From: Alphaproteobacteria bacterium
GTDB taxonomy: Bacteria; Pseudomonadota; Alphaproteobacteria; Micropepsales; Micropepsaceae
DNA: 51,384 nt
NCBI GenBank assembly: GCA_018969785.1
Contig: JAGWXR010000001.1
Span: forward strand, 1 to 51,384
Direction: 5' to 3'
Shown piece by piece: positions 1 through 8,800 of this stretch (positions are counted from its first letter, which is position 1; each line of letters starts with the position of its first letter). Position numbers and translations under genes: made by a program. The notes beneath the pieces are model-generated. The model made no database searches and was not told the origin of the DNA. It was given only the letters and a program-made list of their open reading frames with translations.

Positions 1-1746
1 GACCAGTTCGTCATCGGCGATATAAGCGATCGCCTGCTCCAGGGTCAGGATCTTCGGCGGCGTTAACCGCACCGCTTCGTCCTTGCCGGACGCCCGGAAA
101 TTGGTCAGCTGCTTGGCCTTGAGCGCATTCACGTCGAGGTCATTGTCCCGGCTGTGCTCGCCGATGATCATCCCCTGGTAGACCTTGGTGCCTGCATCGA
201 TGAACAGGAAACCGCGCTCTTCCAGGTACCAGAGCGCATAGGCGGCAGCCTCGCCCTCGCGGTCGGCGATCAGCACGCCCTGCCGCCGCCCTTCGATGGT
301 CCCGCGATGGGGCCCGAAGGCGTGGAAAACGCGGTTCATGATGCCGGTGCCGCGCGTGTCGGTCAGGAACTGTCCATGATAGCCGATCAGGCCCCGTGAC
401 GGCGCCAGGAAGGTGAGGCGGGTCTTGCCGCCACCCGAAGGCCGCATGTCCGTCATTTCGCCCTTGCGCAGGCTCATCGCCTCGATCACGACGCCCGAAT
501 AGGCATCATCGACATCGATCGTGACTTCCTCGATGGGTTCCTGCAGCTGCCCGTCAGGCCCCTCGCGGAACAGCACGCGCGGCCGCGAGATCGACATCTC
601 GAAACCCTCGCGGCGCATCGTCTCGATCAGCACGCCCAGCTGCAGTTCCCCGCGCCCCGCCACTTCATAGGCGTCGGCGTTTTCGGTCTCCTTGACCTTG
701 ATCGCCACGTTGCCTTCCGCCTCGCGGAACAGACGCTCGCGGATGACCCGGCTCTGCACCTTCGAGCCCTCGCGCCCGGCGTAAGGTGAATCATTGATGC
801 CGATGGTGATGGCGATCGTCGGTGGATCGATCGGCGTGGCGGGAATGGGCTGCGCCACCTCAGGATCGCACAGCGTGTCCGACACGCCCGCGATCGTCAG
901 CCCGGCGATGGCGACGATGTCGCCCGCGCCCGCCTCGTCCACCGGAACGCGTGTCAGGCCGCGGAAAGCAAGGACTTTCGTGATGCGACCGCGCTCGATC
1001 GTCTCGCCCTCGCGGGACAGCACCTTGATGGCGCGGTTGGCATTCACGATGCCCGATTCAATGCGCCCCGTCAGGATGCGCCCGAGATACGGATCCGACT
1101 GGATCACGCGCACCAGCATCGAGAACGGATGGGCGCTCGATGCCTTGGTGGCGATCGAGGGCGGCTTGACATGCGCCACGATGGTCTCGAAGAGCGGCGT
1201 CAGGTCCCGCCGCTCGTCCTTCTCGAGGTCGCGAACCGCCCAGCCCGCGCGCCCGCTGGCATAGAGGGTGGGGAAGTCGAGCTGCTCGTCATTCGCGTCC
1301 AGCGCGGCGAACAGGTCGAACACGTCCGTGAGGATTTCGTGCGGCCGTGCATCCGACCGGTCGATCTTGTTGACGACGACGATGGGCTTCAGGCCCAGCT
1401 TCAGCGCCTTCGACGTCACGAATTTCGTCTGCGGCATCGCGCCTTCGGCCGCGTCCACCAGCAGCACCACGCCGTCGACCATCGACAGGATGCGCTCGAC
1501 CTCGCCGCCGAAATCCGCGTGGCCCGGCGTATCGATGATGTTGATGCGCGTGCCGTTCCAGTCGACGCTCGTGCACTTGGCCAGGATCGTGATGCCGCGC
1601 TCGCGCTCCAGCTCGTTGGAATCCATGGCGCGTTCCATCACCTGCTGGTTCTCGCGGAAGGTTCCGCTTTGCTTCAGCAGCTGGTCGACGAGCGTCGTTT
1701 TCCCATGGTCGACATGGGCGATGATGGCGATGTTGCGCAGATTCAT
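1..1746 (-). CDS. typA: Translational GTPase TypA/BipA (N-terminal ~582 codons; C-terminus lies beyond the left window edge)
   Basis: It is missing from the ORF track because it runs off the window. Reading the minus strand from the ATG at 1746-1744 gives [24 protein letters not shown]...[14 protein letters not shown]...VVNKIDR, which are the G1, G3 and G4 GTPase motifs. The frame stays open to base 1. The plus-strand ORFs listed here are R/S/A-rich mirror frames. Confidence 0.93.
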   Translation of the reverse strand, partial: MNLRNIAIIAHVDHGKTTLVDQLLKQSGTFRENQQVMERAMDSNELERERGITILAKCTSVDWNGTRINIIDTPGHADFGGEVERILSMVDGVVLLVDAAEGAMPQTKFVTSKALKLGLKPIVVVNKIDRSDARPHEILTDVFDLFAALDANDEQLDFPTLYASGRAGWAVRDLEKDERRDLTPLFETIVAHVKPPSIATKASSAHPFSMLVRVIQSDPYLGRILTGRIESGIVNANRAIKVLSREGETIERGRITKVLAFRGLTRVPVDEAGAGDIVAIAGLTIAGVSDTLCDPEVAQPIPATPIDPPTIAITIGINDSPYAGREGSKVQSRVIRERLFREAEGNVAIKVKETENADAYEVAGRGELQLGVLIETMRREGFEMSISRPRVLFREGPDGQLQEPIEEVTIDVDDAYSGVVIEAMSLRKGEMTDMRPSGGGKTRLTFLAPSRGLIGYHGQFLTDTRGTGIMNRVFHAFGPHRGTIEGRRQGVLIADREGEAAAYALWYLEERGFLFIDAGTKVYQGMIIGEHSRDNDLDVNALKAKQLTNFRASGKDEAVRLTPPKILTLEQAIAYIADDELV

Positions 1747-1828
1747 TGGATTGTCTTGGAGTTGCGAGGCGCGGGTATAGCCGCTCCGCTGCAATGCAGC
1801 AAGTAAGCCCGGCCCCGCAGGCTGCGGC

Positions 1829-2461
1829 CTATTCGACCTTCTGCCATGTGCCCGCGTCGGGATCGTGGATCAGAAGCGCGCCGGTCTCGAAGTCGAAATG
1901 CCACCCGTGGACCCTGAGCCGGCCCTGCGCCACGCGCTCGCGGACCCACGGAAAACCCATCAGGTTAAGCACGCTGTTGCGGATCACGGCCAGTTCCGCC
2001 TGCAGCCGCTGTTCCTCGGCGGACAGGGCCTCGAAGTCCGGCGGGAAGAGCTTGCGGGCTGGCGCGGCAACCTCGACCCAGGGCTGCAGGTAGTCGGTGT
2101 CGGGCAGTCCCTGGCCCGCGCTGACGAGGGCGGCCACGCCACCGCACCGCGCATGACCCTTCACGACGATGTCGGTGACACCCAGCACCTTGACGGCATA
2201 CTCCACCGCCGCCGCGATCGAACGCGGACGACCGTCCGGATTGTGCGGCGGAACGATGTTGGCGATGTTGCGCGCGACGAAGATCTCGCCCGGCTGCGCA
2301 TCGAGCACGAGGCTCGGAGACACCCGGCTGTCCGAGCAGCCGATCACCAGCACCTGTGGCGACTGTCCCAACCGGGCGAGTTCACGGTACTCCTGCTGCA
2401 GGCGGCGATGCGTGGTGCGTCGGAACTTCCGGTAACCCTCGAGCAGCCTTTCAGTCGTCAT
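1829..2461 (-). CDS. Beta-class carbonic anhydrase
   Basis: This is ORF 1829-2512. It carries the zinc-ligand contexts CSDSR and GHARCGG. I trimmed the start to the ATG giving MTTERLLEGYRKF. The 17 upstream codons look like read-through, so the start is uncertain. Confidence 0.88.
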   Translation of the reverse strand: MTTERLLEGYRKFRRTTHRRLQQEYRELARLGQSPQVLVIGCSDSRVSPSLVLDAQPGEIFVARNIANIVPPHNPDGRPRSIAAAVEYAVKVLGVTDIVVKGHARCGGVAALVSAGQGLPDTDYLQPWVEVAAPARKLFPPDFEALSAEEQRLQAELAVIRNSVLNLMGFPWVRERVAQGRLRVHGWHFDFETGALLIHDPDAGTWQKVE

Positions 2462-2668
2462 TGAACGCGCACCAGCACCACATGGAGACGCCGCGGCGGC
2501 ACAAGGCATCATGCCTCGCGACCACGGGCGCCAATAATCCGGTGACTTTGCGTTAAATCATCTCGCCCGGCAAGATTGCACAGTCGTGAGCCGCGGAATG
2601 CCGGGCCCGCCGGAACACGAATGTCACACCGCAGGCCTGTACCCGCAGGCACAACCCCGCGAGGGGCT

Positions 2669-3868
2669 TCAGCGATAGCAGGCGACGATACCCGTGAACC
2701 CGCCCGCCTTGCGGCCGATGACGGCAGCCGCGGGCGATCCCTCGGGGTTGCCGTCCGATGCGGTCTGCGCGCGCGCAATCGCGCTCATCGTGCCGTCGCT
2801 CTTGAGGTAGCTCACATTGTTGGCGGCGAGGAAAGTCCGCAACACCGAAGCCTTGAGCGCAAAATTGACGTTCTGCGCGATGTCGCCGCTCGACTTGAGT
2901 TCCTGCGCGGCATTGAGCTTCGACGTCACCACGCCGATGACCCGGCCGGAACTGTTGAGCACCGGCCCGCCCGAGTTGCCAAGCTGGATCGGCGCCGACA
3001 TCTGGAAGAAGCGCGTATCGTCCCTCAGCCCCGACAGGGCCGTGACGGAGCCCTTGGTCAGGTTCCCCGAACTCGACAATTGCCCGAGCAGGGGATAGCC
3101 GAACACGATCACGTCGTCGCCCGCGTGCACGCGTTCGTCATCCTGGAACACGGCGCTCGCCTCGGGCTTGTCGCTGATCTTCAGCAAGGCAAGGTCATTC
3201 ATGGGATCGCTCGCGGTCACCGTGGCTGGAACCGCATCCTCGCCGCCACCCAGCTGGAACGACACCGCTCCGCATTGCTGCACGACATGGAAGTTCGTCA
3301 CAGCCGCACCCGACGCGTTCACGACGAAACCTGTCCCCGTCCGCAGGAGCTTGATCCCGCCGGCGTCAGCGCGTGAGGGCGCCGCCTCGGGCGCGGCCTC
3401 CGGCTTGGGTGCCGGCGCGGCAGCCTCGAGCTGCGACAGTCGCGCCATGGTCACGTCCGGGAACTCGAAGCCGTCGCAAAGGCTGATCACGGCACCCTGG
3501 CAGCGGTGGCTCGCCTTTTCGGAGTTCGACCGCTCGATGCTGCGCTGGTAGTATTGGCGTGCGAGGCTGACCTCGCCAAGCCCCTCGGCAGCACGCCCCA
3601 GGTAGTACCAGCTCAGGTCATTGTTGATCCCCTTGCGCTGCACGACGTCGGCAAGCTCGCGCCACTGTCCGCCGGCCAGGTGCTCGTAGGCGGTATCACG
3701 GTACAGCGCCCACTCCGCGGCTTCGAGCGCGCCCATGGGCAGCGTGACATTGCCACCGCGAAACGCGTCGAAACGGGCCATGGCCGCCTGGTCTGTCTTG
3801 TTGACCGTCGTCGACATGGCGCATCCGGCAACCCACAGGGCCACCGCCAGCATGGTCAGAAACCGCAC
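2669..3868 (-). CDS. Secreted trypsin-like (S1 family) serine protease lipoprotein with helical-repeat N-terminal region
   Basis: This is a 399-aa ORF with the lipobox LWVAGC. The catalytic triad contexts are TNFHVV, NDLALLK and GNSGGPV. The N-terminal ~130 aa has a TPR/Sel1-like pattern (WYYLGRAAEGLG...ARQYYQRSIE). The GTG start is preceded by a G-rich Shine-Dalgarno-like run. Confidence 0.85.
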   Translation of the reverse strand: MRFLTMLAVALWVAGCAMSTTVNKTDQAAMARFDAFRGGNVTLPMGALEAAEWALYRDTAYEHLAGGQWRELADVVQRKGINNDLSWYYLGRAAEGLGEVSLARQYYQRSIERSNSEKASHRCQGAVISLCDGFEFPDVTMARLSQLEAAAPAPKPEAAPEAAPSRADAGGIKLLRTGTGFVVNASGAAVTNFHVVQQCGAVSFQLGGGEDAVPATVTASDPMNDLALLKISDKPEASAVFQDDERVHAGDDVIVFGYPLLGQLSSSGNLTKGSVTALSGLRDDTRFFQMSAPIQLGNSGGPVLNSSGRVIGVVTSKLNAAQELKSSGDIAQNVNFALKASVLRTFLAANNVSYLKSDGTMSAIARAQTASDGNPEGSPAAAVIGRKAGGFTGIVACYR

Positions 3869-4020
3869 GCTATTCCCCCCAAAACCCCAGGCACGCTTCG
3901 CCGGCGGCCTCCCACAGCCCCCGCGGGAATATTCATAATCCGAATCCGCCTGGAAGGCGAGTCGGAAGCAGGCCGGACGCGAGTGGAATCTCGTCTTGGT
4001 TGACGCCGCTCCCCGACCCC

Positions 4021-5613
4021 TCAGGGGCCGGGCGGCGGGGTCGGCACTTCAAGCCGGTTCGACAGCGCGAGCGTCAGCTTGGTATCGCGCCCGTAGACAT
4101 CCGTCCGGAAGTGGATCGAACCATCGGCCTCCGCAAAGGCGGTCTGGTAGGTCAACACCACGGGCGTTGGGTCCAGCACGCTCACCCGCAGCGTCCGGCC
4201 GCTGTCGATCGCCGCCCTGATGGCCTTGGGGTCCCACTGGGGATCGGCGGCCAGCAGCGCCTCTGCCAGCTCGAGCGGCCGCTCCAGCCGCACGCAGCCA
4301 TGGCTCGCCGCCCGCTCCGGGTCGGTAAACAGCTCCCGCGCCGGCGTGTCGTGCAGGTAGACCGAATAGGGGTTCGGGAAATCGAACTTGATCCGCCCCA
4401 GCGCGTTCCACGGGCCTGGCTCCTGCACAAGCTGGTCCCCCTGCCACGACATGTGGTTCTTCTTCAGGTACTTCCGGTCCCGCTTCACGTGCGGTTCGAT
4501 CTCGTTGACGATGATCGAGCGCGGGATGGTCCATGGCGGGTTGAAGACGATCGCATCGATCTCGCTGGCCAGTTCGGGCGTCTCGTGCTGCGGCGCCCCG
4601 ATAACGGCGTTCATGCGCAGTACCCGTCGTCCGTCCCGCAACAGCACTGCCGTCGCTGCCGGCAGGTTGACTTCGACCCGCGTCATCGGCAGGTCGGGCA
4701 GCGTGCGCCGCAGCCTCTCGAGGTTGAGCGCCAGCTTTGCAAGCCGCTCCCCGACCGAAACATTGAGCCGCTCGATCGTGACCGCATTCAGCACGCCGTC
4801 CGCCCTCAGGCCATTGCGCCACTGGAAGCGCGCAAGCCCCGCACGCAGCTCGTCATCGAACAGCGCAGAGCCGCTGTCCGTTGCCAGGTCGCCCTCGGCA
4901 TGCAGCCGCGTGCGCAATGCCGTGTGGTCCTGTACCCGGCGCGACCGCGCCAGCGTGTCGGGCAGCATCTGCCACCCGCCGGCGGCGGCGATCTGGCGAT
5001 AGCGCACGAGGCCCGCCTGCAGCTGCACATAGGCCGGATAGCGCGGCGTCAGCCCGCCGAGCCAGGCGCCGGGCGTCCCGCCCCGGAGCGCGCGTGCAAG
5101 GGCTTCCACGCGGTCCGCCTCGGTCGTGAGGTCCGCCGGCGCGTCGGGATTGTCCGCGGCAACCGGTCCGACCCCTTCGCTGACATAGCGCGCATACTTC
5201 AGCGCACCATCCGTGATCAGCACGTCGCGCACCATGACGGCATCCGGTTGCAGGTCCGCCGCGAGGTCCGCGATGGGTCCCGCATGGAACAGGGCCGGGT
5301 CAAGGCCGTGGTCCGGCGCCGCCGCCAGCACGCCGGCCACCTGCTGCGCATTGCGGGGCGACCACGCGCAGTCAGCGCCGTTCAGGTCATAGAAGCGCCG
5401 GACATTGATCAGGTCCACGGTCTGCAGCAGGCGTGCACTGTTGAGCAGCCGCACCAGCCCCGGGCACGAGGGTACCTCTGTCGAGGGCAGGGGCGCTGGC
5501 GCAGGCCCCTGCAGCCCCGGGACCGGCTGGGACCGCGCCGCAGGCGCGCCCGCACCCGCCGCAAGCGCGGCAGGCAGCAATAGCATGGCAAGCCAGTGAC
5601 GCCGGGCTCGCAT
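4021..5613 (-). CDS. L,D-transpeptidase, YcbB/LdtD-like (YkuD catalytic domain)
   Basis: This is ORF 4021-5631. The C-terminal motif is YLHDTP...SHGCVRLE, which holds the catalytic Cys. The N-terminus MRARRHWLAMLLLPAALAAGAGA looks like a signal peptide. I prefer the ATG at 5613 over the TTG at 5631. Confidence 0.88.
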   Translation of the reverse strand: MRARRHWLAMLLLPAALAAGAGAPAARSQPVPGLQGPAPAPLPSTEVPSCPGLVRLLNSARLLQTVDLINVRRFYDLNGADCAWSPRNAQQVAGVLAAAPDHGLDPALFHAGPIADLAADLQPDAVMVRDVLITDGALKYARYVSEGVGPVAADNPDAPADLTTEADRVEALARALRGGTPGAWLGGLTPRYPAYVQLQAGLVRYRQIAAAGGWQMLPDTLARSRRVQDHTALRTRLHAEGDLATDSGSALFDDELRAGLARFQWRNGLRADGVLNAVTIERLNVSVGERLAKLALNLERLRRTLPDLPMTRVEVNLPAATAVLLRDGRRVLRMNAVIGAPQHETPELASEIDAIVFNPPWTIPRSIIVNEIEPHVKRDRKYLKKNHMSWQGDQLVQEPGPWNALGRIKFDFPNPYSVYLHDTPARELFTDPERAASHGCVRLERPLELAEALLAADPQWDPKAIRAAIDSGRTLRVSVLDPTPVVLTYQTAFAEADGSIHFRTDVYGRDTKLTLALSNRLEVPTPPPGP

Positions 5614-5832
5614 TCTCCAACCCCCAGGCAATGAGCCGGCAGACTACAGCAATTCCTTCAGCGCCAACAGCGACCTGCATGAGACCGGGAGCGTGCCGGT
5701 GTGACGGCACGCACAGAGTGTGCCCCCAGGCAGGTCTCGTCGCAAAGATTGCAGCTTGGGGACACAAAAAGGTCAAGTTCGGGGACAACAGTTCCCGATG
5801 TGTCCCATCCTCACTTTTCTTCGGCAGGAACG

Positions 5833-5852
5833 CTAACAATTGCTGTTGTTAG
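5833..5852. promoter_or_regulatory. Inverted repeat CTAACAA-N6-TTGTTAG in the ldt / alpha-2-macroglobulin divergent region
   Basis: I read it directly: the 7-bp arms are exact reverse complements. It lies 45 nt upstream of the preferred A2M start. Its function as operator or 5' UTR hairpin is unknown. Confidence 0.4.
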
Positions 5853-5896
5853 GCTCTAGTATGCCGCGATCCGACTCTCACCCTCAGGGAACATTC

Positions 5897-8800
5897 ATGT
5901 CACGCTTGATGATCGTGCTGGCCGTTGTCGCCGCACTCGTTGCATCGATCCTGGTCGCAAGCCGCTGGTACCCGCAGACGGGTGCAGCCGTGTTCGCCGA
6001 AGAGGACGAATTCATGCTCGGCGGCGGCACGCAGGCGAGTGTGGCGCCTCCGGTTCCCGGGGACACGACGGCAACCGGGGTTGCCTCCCAGCCCGAGGTC
6101 GAAGCCCCGTACTTCGCGTTCCGCAGGCTCGAGGTCCAGACCTCCGGTGAAACGCCTGAAGCCTGCCTGGTCTTCACGCGCAAGCTCGACGACAGCGGCA
6201 ACGTTCGCTACGAGGATTACCTCAAGTTCGATCCTGAGCTGACCTTCGCCGTGCGCGTGACGCAGGACCGGCTCTGCGTCCAGGGCCTCACCTTTGGCAA
6301 GACCTACACCCTCCAGCTCAGGGAGGGCCTGCCCGCAGCCAAGGGCGACAAGCTCACCCGGTCCGAGTCCTTCCCCGTGGCGCTGCGCGACAAGCCCTCG
6401 CTCGTGCGCTTCGGAAATGGCCTTGTCCTGCCGCGTGACACCGCCGATGGCGTGCCCATCACGACGGTGAATGTGGCAAGGCTCGACGTGAAGGTCATTC
6501 GCGTCGGTGACCGCCTCCTGTCGCAGTTGCAGACCGGCGTTGTCGACCAGCGCGAGTTCTACGAATACGACCGTGACACGCTCGAGAACACGCAAGGCCA
6601 GGTCGTCTGGCAGGGGCAGCTGTCCGTCCCCGGAAATCGCCGCAACGACGAAGCCATCACGCTGTTCCCGCTGCGCAAGGCCCTCAAGCAGGTTCTGCCC
6701 GGCGCCTATCTCGTGATTGCAACCGACGCCGCCGACGCCGGTTCCACCGACGAAAACGACTACTGGAAGCCCCGCGCGGCACAGTTCGTCGTCAACACCG
6801 ACATCGCGCTGACAAGCTTCCGCGGCCGCGATGGCCTGACGGTCTTTGCCCGCTCGCTGCGTTCGGCCGAGCCCCTGTCGGGCGTCGAACTCGCGCTCGT
6901 GGCGCGCAACAACGAGGAACTCAAGCGCGTCAAGACCGGCCCCGACGGCCGCGCGACCTTCGATGCCCCGCTCGTCCGCGGCAAGGGCGGCTCCGAACCC
7001 GTGGTGATCATGGCCTACGGGGCAGGCGCCGACTTCTCGTTCCTCGACCTGCGCCGTCCGGCCTTCGACCTGACCGATCGCGGCGTCGAAGGACGCTCCA
7101 ACCCGGGCGAGATCGACGCCTACATGTACACCGACCGCGGCGTCTATCGCCCTGGTGAAACGGTCAATGTGACCACGCTGCTGCGCGACCAGCAGTCCCG
7201 CGCGATCACCAACACGATGCTGACCTTCATCCTCTCGCGGCCAGATGGCCTCGAGGCGAAGAAATGGACCCAGAAGAACCTGCTCGGCGGCGCCTCCGGC
7301 GATCCGGTTGTGCTGACCGATACGGCCCCGCGCGGCCGCTGGCAGGTGGCCGCCTATGTCGACCCCAAGGGCGAGCCCATCGGCCGCGTCGCCTTCGACG
7401 TGCAGGATTTCGTTCCCCAGAAGCTGAAAGTCGAGCTCAAGCCTGCCCAGGAGATCCTGCGGCCGGGCGAGGTCGCCAGCGTCAATGTCAGCAGCCGCTT
7501 CCTCTATGGCGCACCCGCCGCCGGCCTCGGCGGCGAAGGCACCATGACCATCAACGCCGACCCGACGCCGTTTGACGGCATCGCCGCGCTGAAGGGCTAT
7601 GTCTTCGGCAAGGTCGACGAGACCTTCCAGGGCACGCAGCTCACCATGTCCGTCACCCAGACCGATGCGCAGGGCAGGACCGCGGCCACCGCGCGGGTCG
7701 AGGACCTTCCCGAGACATCGCTCCCGCTGCGCGCAGACATGACGATCTCCGTCTACGAACCCGGCGGTCGCACCACATCCGGCAAGGTTTCGCTGCCCGT
7801 GCGCACCCGCGACACGCTGATCGGCATCCGCCCCGGCTTCCAGCTGAACTCTGTCCAGGAAAACACGCCCGCCAACTTCGAAGTCGTGGCGCTCGATGAA
7901 ACCGGGCGCCAGAAGGCCGTGAACAACGTCACGTGGGAACTGGTCTTCGAGGACATCGATTATCGCTGGTACCAGGTCGACAATGACTGGCGCTACGAGC
8001 GCGTGATCAACGATCGCATCATCGAGGGCGGCAAGACCGATCTCTCGGCAACATCCGCCTTCAAGGTCTCCAAATCGCTGCGCTGGGGTTCCTATCGCCT
8101 GACAGTCTCCGACCCGAAGAGCGGCGCGACCACCGCCTACCGGTTCTGGTCGGGTTGGGGCAACGGCGCCGACAACGACCGTCCCGACCGTGTCGCCGTG
8201 CTGGCCGACAAGGACATGTATGCCTCCGGCGAGACCGCGCGCATCAAGATCTCGCCGCCCTCCGACGGCAAGGCACTCATCGTCATCGCGTCCAACCGCA
8301 TCCACATGACGCGCATGGTCGATGTGTCGGCCGCCGGAACGACCGTGTCGATTCCTGTCTCGTCCGACTGGGGCGCGGGCGCCTACGCGCTCGTGACCCA
8401 TTATCGTCCGCTGTCCTCGGCCCAGTCGCGCGCCCCCGTGCGTTCGATCGGCGTCGCCTGGCTGTCGGTCGATCCGGCGCCGCGCACGCTGGCGCTTGCC
8501 ATCAAGGCCCCCGCCCGCATCAAGCCCAACCAGAAGATCACCATCCCGATCGAGGTGAAGGGGCAGGGCTGGGGTGAATCGGCGTTCGTCACCGTTGCGG
8601 CGGTCGATGAGGGGATCCTCCAGCTCACCGACTTCAAGTCACCCGATCCCAACAGGTTCTACTTCGGCAAGCGCAGGCTGGGCCTCGACATGCGCGATGA
8701 TTATGGCCGCCTCATCCAGGCCGATCGCGCCATCCTGGGCGAGCTGCGCTCCGGCGGTGACGCCATCGGGGGGCGCTCCCTGTCAGTGGTGCCGCAGAAG

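Noticed and set aside
3926-3947. AT-rich GGAATATTCATAATCCGAATCC, containing the palindrome GAATATTC; considered as a dif (XerCD) site
   Set aside because: Only the XerC-arm and central-region side shows loose similarity to the dif consensus. The XerD arm, normally the best conserved part, does not match.
4000-5583. 527-aa plus-strand ORF
   Set aside because: It is the mirror frame of the L,D-transpeptidase gene, which has the catalytic SHGCVRLE motif and a signal peptide. The product is extremely Arg/Pro/Gln-rich.
5900-8401. 833-aa minus-strand ORF, the longest unexplained ORF in the track
   Set aside because: It lies entirely antisense to the strongly supported alpha-2-macroglobulin gene. 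Its composition is dominated by R, G, A, D and H, and I recognise no motif. Long stop-free mirror frames are expected in GC-rich coding DNA.
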